From Spirogloea muscicola (taxonomy: Eukaryota): 64,000 nucleotides of DNA. The position numbers and the translations under genes were made by a program. The stretch spans positions 1,218,185 to 1,282,184 of the forward strand of contig WELB01000002.1 of the NCBI GenBank assembly GCA_009602725.1. Direction: 5' to 3'. The notes beneath the pieces were generated by a model that was not told the origin of the DNA, searched no databases, and was given only the letters and a program-made list of their open reading frames with translations. Positions 52,890 to 64,000 of the stretch are shown piece after piece (within the stretch, counting starts at the first letter, position 1; each line of letters opens with the position of its first letter).

Positions 52890-54383
52890 GGCGCCGCCTC
52901 AGCGCAGCGCTTCCCGTCTTCCCGGCCGCCGCCTCCGCCGCAGAGCCCGCCGCGCCCGCCGCCGCCGATCTCGGGCCCGCCGACGAGCGCGAGGACGTGG
53001 CTGACGGCACGCCGCTGCGGGCCGAGGCGCTGCACCTCCACGCCTCGCCCCACCTGCGCACCGCCGACGTGCTCGGCTACTTCACGGGCTTCAGCCCCGT
53101 GGCGGTGGAGTGGGTCTCGCCCAGCTCCTGTGAGCGCCTCCGCCATTGCCACTGCCGCCGCACTCCGAGCGTGCCAAGACATCAACTGACTACCGAGAGC
53201 GCGCTTTGGCCTGACGAGCCTCCGCCGCTGTACTTCGTCGCGCAGGCAACGTGGCCTTCGGGGACCCGTTCAGCGCCAAGCGGGCGCTGCTTCGCAAGGG
53301 CACGCTCGAGCCGATGGCCGACCCCGACTCGGGTGAGCCAGAGACCAGCTGCTTGCCAATGCTGACAAGCCAGGACCTCGCCACTCTCAGCGCCGTATCT
53401 GAGACCATGCTTTGCCACAGTACTCGAGTTCGTGTCAGAGCCACCGGGTGAGAGCTTGCGTGGGCTTGCATGTCGCAGCTGCTCCCTGGCACGAGGGCAA
53501 GCCGCTCGTGCTGCACGACTGGACGTTTCCCATCAGCCTCCGAGTCGCCTCCATCCTGGACGCACCGCCCAACCCGCCGGTTCCGGGGAAGGATGGCCTG
53601 GCGGCGCTTGGCGGGAGCCTGGGCGACGGGGTGGCTGACAAGCTTGCCTTGGGGAAGAGGCCCCGGGGCCTGCCGACTGGCAGCCCGTGGCGGCAGCCGG
53701 CGCACCGCGACCTTGACGGGGAGGTTGCGCTCAACCTTGACATGCGCAGCATCCTGCTGCGAGACCAGGGGAAGGTCTTCAGCCGCCTTGGTGCGAAGCT
53801 GCCGCCGACGCCCAACGAGGTGGAGCAGGGCGTCGACACGGGCACTGCCAGGAAGCTGCAGCGTGTCGACGTCCCAGACCTTCGGGCATATCTGAAGGCC
53901 AAGGTCGCTGAGGATGGGCATATACCACCGGTGGTCGTGAAGGGCAGGGGCACGGCGACGTACAAGCGCGGGACGTTCATGCCTCGGGGGTCTCCAGAGG
54001 CCGCTAACCAGGCCCAGGCATTGTACGAGCCAGCAGACAAGGTGGAGAACGGAGAGGTGGAGGTTGAAGAGTCGGCTGTCTCACCAGAGGCGTTGATGAG
54101 CCCAAGCAGTAAGGTCAACATTGAGGCTGTTGAGCGATGGGAGCCGGAGGAAGCTACACCGAGTTTGTCAGCAAGACGGCCTCGCGTCAGGGACAGGCTG
54201 GGAGGCACTTCTAGAGGGGAAGTCCTCAGCACAGGAGCTGGGGATCGAGTGCGACGTGTGAAGGACAGGCTGGGAGCGAAGATGATGGTGAGGGCCGTCG
54301 AGGAGGTAGGCACTGGCACAGGTACTTGTAGGAGGAGACATCGCGGCGGGAAGAGAGAGAGGAAGAAAAAGGACCGTTTGTAG
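52890..54383 (+). CDS. Nuclear cap-binding protein subunit 3-like (RRM-like NCBP3 domain plus disordered tail), 5' partial
   Basis: RAEALHLH..LRTADVLGYF..PVAVEWVSPSSC|NVAFGDPFSAKRAL..ISLRVAS. Confidence 0.75.
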
Positions 54384-54954
54384 ACAATGAAGAATCACCT
54401 TATGGCTGCGAGTAGATTGCGATTGGCCCATAATGTTAGCCATCCAGCTACAAGTAGCCCAGTGACTAGGCAGCAATTTCTCATTTACATTCCATTGAGA
54501 TGCCCATGCTCATGGCATTTACTGCTTACAAAATATTTCTCAGCCTCTGTTACTTTGGAGTACATCTGATCTTTAAAATTCAGTCTCCTTCAAAAAGTAG
54601 CCAGTGTTGTCTTGTGACCACTAAGGCTGTTGGAGTGAACTTCTAAGGCTGATGAGCGTGAATCCATGAAAAACAAAGGCTACTGCAGAAGCCTGGTAAC
54701 GAGTTGCCTACGTTGTGTTGGAAGAGCTAAAATTGCCTAAAGTTCGTTCCAAGTCCTTTCCGAGCATGTCAGAGAGTGGACATCAGCTACAGGCGAATAT
54801 GAAGCTGTCACCTAGGATACAGCCACTGTGCATCTTGCTTGCACCCTGGAGACTTTAAAAATTGCCCGCCCATTCGCCAGGAACGAAGGACCAAGGAGAT
54901 GTATGGATGTGTTGTACAATCCAGACAAAATCTACACTTCTGCGAAAGAACGCA

Positions 54955-57900
54955 CTAGCGTCCTTTCATAGAGGGATGCCGACCAAGAATTTTGGACTTA
55001 TAGATTGCCTGGCCTTGTGCCAACTCAATGCGCTGGCGAGGATCATATGTATTCTCGTCCCGCAGAGTTTCCAAACGAGCCTCAGGCTCCGCAACCCTGT
55101 CAACAGAGGTGAAAAACATGAGCAGGTCAACAGGCTAGCAATTGAGCACACTGTCTGCACTTCATGGCGCACACACCACAGATCGCATGTGGCTCCTCTG
55201 CATGGCTATGCCTTCTGAACACGATGCTTCTGTTCAGCTTCTTTTAGCGAGACAGCAATCGTGGAAGAAGCAAGGACCTACTGGGCCTGCTCTGCAATGC
55301 TGGAGGATGACATCTCTACTTAAAAGCTTCGCAACGCAACCATTATGTCGTTCGGCACGCAATGTGTGAAAAGGCAACAAACCTTGAGATCAGAATGCGA
55401 TTGAGTGTCTGAAGGATGGGGCAGCACTCCACAGGCGGTACAAGCTCATCCCGAGAGGGGTGCTTCACGCTGAAGCTTGGCTGGCTAAGGAGACAGTAGA
55501 ATGCTGCAACAGCAGAAACTCCCTGCGTGAAGAAAATTTAGTAAACATCAGTGATGGGACAGAAGATTAGACTGTTGCTGTTGAGAAAAGAAGAACATGA
55601 TGTGCTTGTGCGAATGCTTGTGAAAATATGTATGCAAGAGTAAATTTGCCAGTATACGCGTGCAAGACACCCGTTGACAAGTACCTGAATGACGCCCTTG
55701 CCCTTGACATTGTCGCCCATGTCGGGCGTCAGGGCCCGAGTCCCCAGCTGCTGGCCGTACCAGGAGTTCCTCCCTTTGAGCAGCGTGACGTACGTGTCTG
55801 CCAAGAGCGGACCGGCAAGCTTCTCTGGCTCCTCCGCCAGCAGGTGGGTGATATAGATCATCTCCGACGTGCTATGAGCAAAGTACACCGCTTTGCTTGT
55901 CGCGCTCTCCTTCGTTAGGCTCGCTACCAGGCCTGCCCTTGCATATGCCAAATATATGGAAGTGGTCAAGTTATATCTGCACATGTAGCTGTCAGCAGCT
56001 GCTATGAATACCCAAAGCAGTATTGACTATGCTTCCTGCACAAGATGAGGCTCTCACTATGACGTCCCTAGTCTTAAGGCAAAAGAGGAGCAGGTGCAAG
56101 CTGCTTCACTTTTCAGGGCCAGCCAACTAAGGGCCTCACCAGCGCCAATGGCATAGACGTTCTTGAGGCCTCCCATGACCTCGTGCGTAACGAGGTCAGG
56201 ATTGTCCCAGACAATGAAATGAGGTTGCCTCAGGAAGCTGGCAAGGGGCTTGCGCCACCGGTCTGTTCCACACAGCCGCGCATTAGCATATTCTTTGTTC
56301 CACACCTCTGCTGCAATGTTAGGGCCGCCAAGATAGAGGATGTTGTCAAGGGGAACGCCAGCTGCAAGACCAAGGCTGCTGATGATCAGCCCCCACAAAC
56401 AGGCCAAAAATAAAAGAGGCCACCAATGCATCACTGCTCAAGTTACAGTACATGATAGCTGGCTGACATGTTGTTGTGCTTATGACAGAGGTCTTAAAAC
56501 AAGGTGCTATATCAAGAAACTTGACCACTGGTGATAGATGACAGTGTCTGCACTAACACAAGCACGCTAAGATGATAGTAAATAAAGTCATTACAGACAT
56601 GTCAGCACGAGCCTAACTATCCCAAATGCCTACAAGTCACGCGCATCTGTCTAGAGGATGCTGCGCATACTTGTCTGGTGTATGATGAGGGTAGGTGTTA
56701 CAATGTGTGGCTCCGGCTCCAGAGCTGCTTCCACGCCCTTGGCTAGGCTGATGATCACAGCTGGCGACTTCCTCCGCTCCTTCCAATACTTTCCGATCTG
56801 CTCAAAGACCCCCCTTGTCTCGGTGGAAGGGAGCCCGTTGACAACAAGGTCTGCATCCCAGACAGCCTCCTGCAGGTTCGTGACGACGTGGAGTGGGCAG
56901 ATTGGCGAGTCCACCATGTTCACACAAAACCCGTCCCTGTGTTCACAGCAGGGTGGAGAACCCGACTGAAGCTCAGGTGGAGGCCAGACGTGCTCCAAAG
57001 ACAAATAGTTCCGTCATGACAAGCTGCACTCAGAGATCACAAGCTGCACCCTTTGAACGGCCGATGAAAAGCACCTGAGTATCTCGTCCGCATACAGGAC
57101 ACGATCCCCTAGCCGGGCTTCGACGTACTTCAAGTACGCGCAGTTCTCAAGTAGCCTCCTTAGGACCTCAGCCTGGCTGTTGATCACTGTGAAGAGGTGC
57201 TCTGAAAACTCCCTATCCATCTGCCGCCCAGGCCTGGCACAAGCAAGTACATCATCCTTGAATACGAGAAGGAAAATGTAAAGGCTTCGGACTTGGCTGC
57301 AGAATTTTCCACCCGTTCTGTCCTCTGCTAAGCACAACTATACTTAGCATGAGATGGCTCTTCAAGCAAGAAGAGTTCAGAATTTGCGGGCTGGAGCTTC
57401 TGTTTTGGAATGTAGTTGACAGAATGAGCGGAGGCAGGACTTGCCTGCGCCATATCCGGACGCTAATTCTGTCATCCAAGTGACCATATGTTTCCTGCAA
57501 AGCACAGCCAGCCTGTTCAGAAGACGGCGCCGAGCTAGATGGTAGCCATCTCAGCCAGCTCACAAGCTAGCAAGCTGTGCAGTAAGATAGTCAAATGTCA
57601 AAGCTGGGGCGCCATTATGTGGGCTTGCCCAACTGCTGCATTGCATCATATTGTACCCCTATCACTATTGCCCTCTGCAGCCTATGTGTGTTATGCTCTG
57701 CTGCTTAGGCAAAATTCATGGGGGATAACACACAGTCACTTATTTCACCTGAATCATTCCAATGAAGACGCAGCCCCAGGCACCCGCACCCACCCCAACG
57801 ACCCTGAGGGGATCGCCAGGGGCTTTGCCAAAAAGCTCCCGGAGCTCATCCAGCCTATCGGACGCGTCTCCACTCTGCTCAGGCACACGACAGCGGCGCA

Positions 57901-58110
57901 TCATAAAGCAAGACTTGAGACGAAGTGGCCAGCTGAGCTCGTAAGGGCAATTCGAGCAGACGCCAGCTGTGTTTCGGCTGCGCGGAGGTATTGTGCAGAG
58001 AGCCCGCTCACCCTCGCGGCCTTGACGCCATTGGCAACGGGCGCGCCGTCCGCGTGAGGGGCACCGTCGGCCGCCTCTCCGTGAGGCGGCGCCGGGCCAG
58101 CGCCGTTCAT
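54955..58110 (-). CDS. Cytosolic NAD-dependent glycerol-3-phosphate dehydrogenase (plant GPDHc type), multi-exon
   Basis: [68 protein letters not shown]; stop at 54955-54957. Confidence 0.93.
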
Positions 58111-58673
58111 ATCCGGAGCTTCGAGCGCCTCAGAGGCGGCCAGTCTTCATCGTGAACAAGGGGCGTCCAAAGTTGCAGCGAGCAGCAGACGACGTGCCAC
58201 AGCCTCCGAGCCGCCAATGGCAGGTCAGGGCTTGCGCAGCCAATGCTTGTCCAGGCGGCGGCGGCGCTGGCGGTGGCGGCGGCGGCGGGACGGCGGCGGC
58301 GGCGCTGGCAGCGGCGGCGACGGCGGCTGCTGCCCCTGCGCTTCAACGCTGCTGCGCAGGGGATGGGGTTGCCAGCACCATCTCCCAATTAAATCTTCTA
58401 GATAAGGCCCAATACTCAACATGGTTGTTACTTTGAGCTCGTGCTCCTCTCGGCTGGCCGGCCTGGTGAAGAGACGGTTAGGAGGTCGTGGTACTACATA
58501 CTGGCAGCTGGACTCCTGATTAACACCGACAGGCCATCGGTGATAGCGACGGCCAGGCCGCGCGGCATTGCCGGTTTGGCTAACGACCAAGCAGCCGACG
58601 TGGATGCCACGTGGGGGCCAACTCGATTGCCACCTCGGACAACCTCTGGAGTCATTTCGTGCCTTTGAAGAGA

Positions 58674-58693
58674 CCCTAAACCCTAAACCCTAA
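58674..58693. repeat. Short interstitial plant telomeric repeat (CCCTAAA)~3 / telo-box
   Basis: CCCTAAACCCTAAACCCTAA read directly. Confidence 0.8.
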
Positions 58694-60092
58694 TAGGCTG
58701 ATAAGGAATCAGCCTATGAAAGAAAGAATGGCGCGCCCACAGAGAAGAATATTATGGAAATGGCGCAGGCTAGTACAATAAGAAGAAAGAAACAGTTCAT
58801 TCGTCGGAAGGCAATGGGTGTGAGAGGGCAGCCCCGAGGAAATGAACAAGGTCTGAAAGGGCTGGAGCGATATTCAATAGAAAAGAGGTTACTCGCTTGC
58901 GAGTGGACGCAGAAAAGAGTCGACAAGGTCTAGGTCGAAGCCCACATCAATACGCAAAATCACCGAGCAGAAGACTTGGCTACTCAGATGAGATACTTGG
59001 GAAAGTATCTGTTATGCGCCAGACTGCTGCCAACTCAAAGCAGTGTCTGTGGGGAGCCTGCCCAGCAAGACCATGCAGTAGCTGGCACCACAGGCCACAG
59101 GAGGAAATGTGACTGCAGATATGAGCACTAAAGGGCGATGGTGAGTCAAGACACTAGAAGTTTGGACTGATCCACATGAGCAGCAACAGCACACGGAGGC
59201 TCAGCGGAAAAGAGCTCGACTTTTTGCAACAATTTGTAGCCGTATTCAGCAGCCAAGGCATCCAAATCGGCCGAAGGTTTCCAAGTAGGCTGGCAGCAAG
59301 GTAAAAGTGACTTATGGAGCTCAAAAGACAACCACGAGCTCAAGCCAATGGAGTGCAGCCCAGTGAAGTGCAGCCAGCAGACAGCAATTTGGAGTGCCAT
59401 GATGGACACGTCGAAGAGGTTGCAGAGACTAGTTCTCAAGGCTGGCTGCTGTAGCTACTGCCGAGCAGATGAGTTATTCTTGGTAGCACGAGATCGACTG
59501 TCGGAGAGGCTGTTTGTGAGGTTGCTGGATCGAAGCAAGCCCACCTAAAGAGCACTCCGATATTTCATGTGCGTCCACATTTACAGCAGGCACGCTTTCA
59601 GTGCGTCCAGCCAAGAATTAGGACGTGTGACAGAGTAAGCTTGTGGTACTGCATGATGCTCAAAGCACCACATTCACCAAGCACGCGTGGTGTCAAGGAC
59701 CCTCTCTTTTAGTCACCTCGCGCGACTACGCTTGCAGTCACAAGAACACCCTGGGGGCTGCCAGTGCCACGGTAGTATTTGACAAGCAAGTCATCTAGTC
59801 ATCTGGGAGGCCTGGTTACCACAAAGGCTCAAGAGACTTGCGAGCCCTCTGCAAGCACTGCCGGCGCATGGACTGCTGCAGTCATTTTCCGGACTGTCAA
59901 GGCCTACAAAAAGGCCTGGCTTCCAAGCTGCCATGGTGCAGCGAGGAACTCAGGTGTGCCGCCGCACACCGAGGCCGAGTATCAGCCTCAGCGACCAGCG
60001 TTCTGGTCTGGACGTGCGCAGCGCCCGCATCGTCTCAAGCGCGGAGCGCACATTGCCGGCGGCGGCGACGGCAGCGGCGGCGGCGGCCGCAA

Positions 60093-60123
<31 letters not shown>

Positions 60124-60420
60124 GTGGACGGCGGAGTCTGGCGCGGCGGGGAGGTCTCGCAGACAGCGGGTCGCGGCCGCAGGGTTGACGGGTGACGATG
60201 GGGGGCCGTCCAAACGGCAGAAACCGTCAACTAATGCGACTGCCTGCTAACCCAGACTGACTGGTTACCAGCCGCCCCTTGCGGAGGCGATTAATTCACT
60301 CAGATTCCTTGGGGGCGCCTTGACGAGGCGCTAGCGCCACGTGGCGGCGGCGCTCTCCCGCCAAGCGCCACATGGCGCATTCTTCACGGGGGGTTAGGGG
60401 AGGTGGGCCCCCCCTTTCTC

Positions 60421-60684
60421 ATAATTCTGAGTCCATCGGAGCAATTTGCCACTCTATCTATCATCCCTTTTCATATTGGAGATTTTCATCTTTCTTTTAC
60501 AAATTTATCTTTATTTACATTACTCGCTATCGCAGTAACTCTACTTCTATTTCATTTAGTAACTCTACATGGAGGATTCTTAGTACCAAATGCTTGGCAA
60601 TCTCCGGTGGAGATGATCTATATATCTTTGTTCACAATTTAGTAAACGAACAAATTAGTGGTCCAGCTTCAGTTTGACAAAGTT
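60421..60684 (+). pseudogene. atp6: Mitochondrial atp6 fragment (NUMT-like), with a frameshift near 60622 and an in-frame TGA
   Basis: SPSEQFA..IGDFHLSFTNLSLF..VPNAWQSPVEMIY / FVHNLVNEQISG; AT-rich block within GC-rich DNA; ends at n 60685. Confidence 0.9.
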
Positions 60685-60685
60685 N

Positions 60686-62732
60686 CGCGGCTCGGGACGC
60701 CTCCGCCGCCGCCGCTGCCGCCGCTGCCGCCGCGCCACCCCGGGCAGGTCCGCCAGTGAGCCCCTGCTGGCCACCAGGCCAGCTCGTCGGAGCCGGCGAT
60801 GCTGCTTCGAGACGTCACAGCCGGCCACGCAGACGGCGACGAACGCAGCAGCGGCAGCGCCGGCGGCGGGCTGGCGTTGGCCCTGCCGTCGCAGCTGAGC
60901 CGCCTGCGGCCCTCGCGCCCAGGGCGCCGGCAGTGCGGCTGGCGTGAGGAGCGCGGCCTGGCGCAGCTCCGGCTGCCGGCGGCGAGGGACTGCCGGGGAA
61001 GACGAGGCCGGGACCGGACGCGGCTTCTGTGCCGCTCCGACTCCAAGATGTACGTCCCAGGTAGCGTCCTGCTCGTCTCTCTCCCGTCCTCCGCACGAGG
61101 CCTTGGATTCCGCCTGTCCCGGCCTCGCGAATCGCAGTGCAGAGTACAAGCAAGGACATGCTGGGTTCTGGTTTGGGTCTTGGTTGTGCAAGATTGTGGT
61201 CTGGCTGCCTGCCGAAGGCAGTTGTTCTTCTGGATTTGCACTCATTGCAGCCAGGGCGGTGAAGATGCTAAGTGACTGCATTCCTCTTGTGCACAAGCAC
61301 AAGGCAAGCAAGGCCGGAAGGAGTGGTTGGTCCACTGCAGAGCTGTTGATGCGGAGAAGATGATATTACTCAATGTGGGCTCCTTGACTCCAGGCTTTGG
61401 GGACAAGTCCCCTGAAGCCAAAGCAGCGGACTCGCTGCACAACTTCTTCACTTTTCTCGCCGTGAAGATCGTGCTAGCCCAACTGCAGGTACAGCCACTG
61501 TTTCCATTTGCATGGTGGCCTGCTACTAGCCTTAATTGATGGTATAAGTCTGGAAATATTATGCCTATCAGTGCTACTGCAAGATTATCAAGATGCTCTT
61601 CTGTGATGACATGCTCAGAAGCTCCTCAATACTTCCATCGTCAGCTGATGGATAAGCTTGTGAGCTTCACAGAGCTATAACCCGGAGGGTTATAAGGATC
61701 TCATGACGTTCGTGGACAAAATTCCTCTCAAGGACGGAGATGTGTTTTGCTCCACTCTTCTCAAGGAGCATCCCCGCCTAGGTATACCTGTGCCATCAAA
61801 TGCAGCATCTTTGCAGAACGTAGAAGATCTTAACAAGATTTCTGCCTGTTGCTGAGCCAATGTTGCAATCAGGCATGGTGTGCTCTCTCAGTTACAGGAA
61901 GTCAACTCCAGCTTGAGATGGCTTCTGGTGCCCATGCCTGGTCATCTAGATGGTTTTGCAGCTATTGGCCTACTAGACCATACAGTACTCAATACCAACT
62001 CTGAGAACATGCACCCATCCTCAAAGTCTGTTCTCTTCCCAATTTGTTTTGCATAATCTGTGCTGTCTCTGTGGGCAACGATGTCACGGGCCTCTAGCTG
62101 TGCGAATCCTGGAGGTGGGTCGCTCTTATGCAGAACAATGTGTGCACTTGCAGGATGTGCTCACATGAAGTTGTATACGAGAATAAGTCTCAGCCTTTAA
62201 TAACCACCTTTAGTATGTAGCATTGACCCTGGACACTTAGCTGGCAAATCTGGTGTCTGCAGGTGAGAGCTGCATATGTTAAGGAGGATTTCGAGTGGGA
62301 TAACCTGAAGAAGTTGTCTCTGAAGGTGAGCTTGCAGTCAGAGAATGTTCTTGGCATCTGGAAAGCCCGTGCATCGCAAGCTGGAAGATAGCTGTTTCTG
62401 CAAAATGAAGCGGACTTATTAAAATGGGAGCCCCGAGCTCTTTGTGGAGATGCTTGCAAAGGAGCAGGTCATTGCCATCTTGCAATATCGTGGTTTGCTC
62501 TCTGACAATGGACAAGCTTATGTACTAGACTGTCAACTGCATGTTCTCTGCAGCAGTATCACCAAGTTTCCTTGTCATTTAGTGACATATCCTGCTGGTT
62601 CTTAACTCCCTCCTGCAATTTGCCCAGCGCACTGGGGAAGCCAACACGCGCATCATGCGGGAGTTTTTGGAGGTTTCTGGTAGCATTCAGCCTTCGACAA
62701 CATGCGTTGATGATGATTGTAGTGTCTCTTGA
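60686..62732 (+). CDS. RBCX: Rubisco assembly chaperone RbcX (AtRbcX1-like), multi-exon, start uncertain
   Basis: KMYVP|GFGDKSPEAKAADSLHNFFTFLAVKIVLAQLQ|SYNPEGY..DGDVFC..L|AVRILE|VRAAYVKEDFEWDNLK..NTRIMREFL. Confidence 0.9.
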
Positions 62733-63655
62733 CAAAGGCAGCTTCTTATGTGTTGAAGTCGTGCTGTGGAGTGGACATGAGTATAAGCATAGCAGCCATA
62801 CCTCTGCAAATTGCAGGCGCATTCATGGAACCATCTAATGGTACCATCAGAGGTATTCTTGTCATTTGGCTGTAGCTCGTCCTCTAATGACCTTGCAGAT
62901 AGGCCTGCCAGCAACTTGTTGTGCATCGTCATCATATCCCAAAACTTTCAAATCGCCGTGAGGGTGCAGTAAAACACAACAAAGTGGCTGCAGAAGGGCT
63001 GTGTCCAAGAGAGAACAGATGTGCACATTAGAAGCTCATCAGAATACAGAACACAGGTACAACAGCGTTGCTCACTGGAGAGTGCCTGGACACAAGAACA
63101 AAAACAAAAACTAAGAGTACTTGGTAACAAGGGCTCATGCAAAGTGCGGAAGTTGTCGGACTTGCAGTCGTGGTTGTGCATATGAGCAGCTAAGATCACT
63201 GGCGAAATCATGGTGCGAGGACAGTGTCTCCTCCATGACACGCTCATTTACAAGAGCCAGCCACTTGTGCTGCTCGCGAATGTGTAGAGATGTGCCTAGC
63301 ACAATTGAAGTTAACGAGATCACCCACTAAGCAGTGGCGCCGGCCACACCACCCTCATCTCAAACAATTGGAGGGTCAATAAAAAGACATTCTGACACAA
63401 GGTACTTGCTAGCAAGCCAAGCTGCGGTCGCGGGCAACTGCTTTGTGTCAAGTGGCAGCTTTTCTGTACACAACCAATCCATTTGTCAGGCTTTACAGAG
63501 CTCCTCCACTCAGCAGGTACCCATGGTATGCCTGGTGAGTCATTTTCAGTACTGTTGCCAATCTAAACAATTACACCAGGCTCTTGGGAGGGAGGCCAAG
63601 CTCCTGCCTGTCCTTGGTTGTCCTGGTGGAAGTTGGAGAGGGAGCAAATTTTGGC

Positions 63656-63980
63656 TCAAATGCGAGAGGCGAGTTTGCGAATGCTCGCTATGCCTGCCAG
63701 CACCACCTTTGCACGCTCCTCCACCTTACACTGGAACAGGATGCTGCACAACAAGTAACCAGCAGCTGGTCAGGCTCCCCTTCACATCCCAAACAGAATG
63801 ACAGTCCCCAGCTGACTAATTTGATCAACATAAGATCATTGCTACTTTAGCTGCATTGCTGAGGCCTCTGGGAAAAACCTGGAGGGGCCCTGAGGCCACA
63901 TTTCTGTGACAATGGTCTCGCCAGGGAAGACGTGGAGCAGAAAGCGGCCTTGCATCCTCCAAAGCAGCGATGGCTCTCCA
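63656..63980 (-). CDS. ECH2: Last two exons (63980-63879, 63743-63656) of peroxisomal enoyl-CoA hydratase 2 (MaoC-like); gene continues beyond the window
   Basis: Manual translation, absent from the ORF track: GRFLLHVFPGETIVTEMW..S|ILFQCKVEERAKVVLAG..ASRI*, with PTS1-like SRI at the C-terminus. Confidence 0.8.
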
Positions 63981-64000
63981 CTGCAGTAGCAGTGAATGAC

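Noticed and set aside
59100..60250. GC-rich island with Ala/Gly/Pro ORFs, possibly the 5' end of an unannotated gene
   Set aside because: No recognisable domain or consistent spliced frame found
60228..60295. Twister-ribozyme-like words (TAATGC..GGTTACCAGCC..GCGGAG) upstream of the atp6 fragment
   Set aside because: The P4 stem and both pseudoknot pairings do not close by eye; an Infernal search would be needed

Overview
Gene-dense, intron-containing nuclear DNA from a green plant. A streptophyte origin is supported by TBL, SGR, ARC5, RbcX and plant-type CCCTAAA repeats; an algal or early-diverging host is inferred, not proven. About 18 protein genes can be recognised: importin-beta1, ARC5/DRP5B, a frameshifted aspartic protease, SGR, an AT2G44870-like plastid protein, a Tma17/Adc17-like protein, TBL, ZRSR/RGH3, D-lactate dehydrogenase, VIH/PPIP5K, lipoyl synthase, a His/Pro-rich HSP20, intronless NDUFV1, a DDAH-like amidinohydrolase, NCBP3, GPDHc, RbcX and the 3' end of ECH2. 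There are three N gaps, four single-n joins and several probably artefactual poly-A/T runs. The most notable observations are: a mitochondrial atp6 fragment with an apparent pre-editing signature of both C-to-U and U-to-C sites; a spliced DDAH with intact catalytic residues; four CRE-like retrotransposon 3' ends arranged as two inverted-repeat pairs; a dispersed ~60-bp double-hairpin motif in upstream regions; and a Tma17/Adc17-like gene. All family assignments come from remembered motifs, with no database search.
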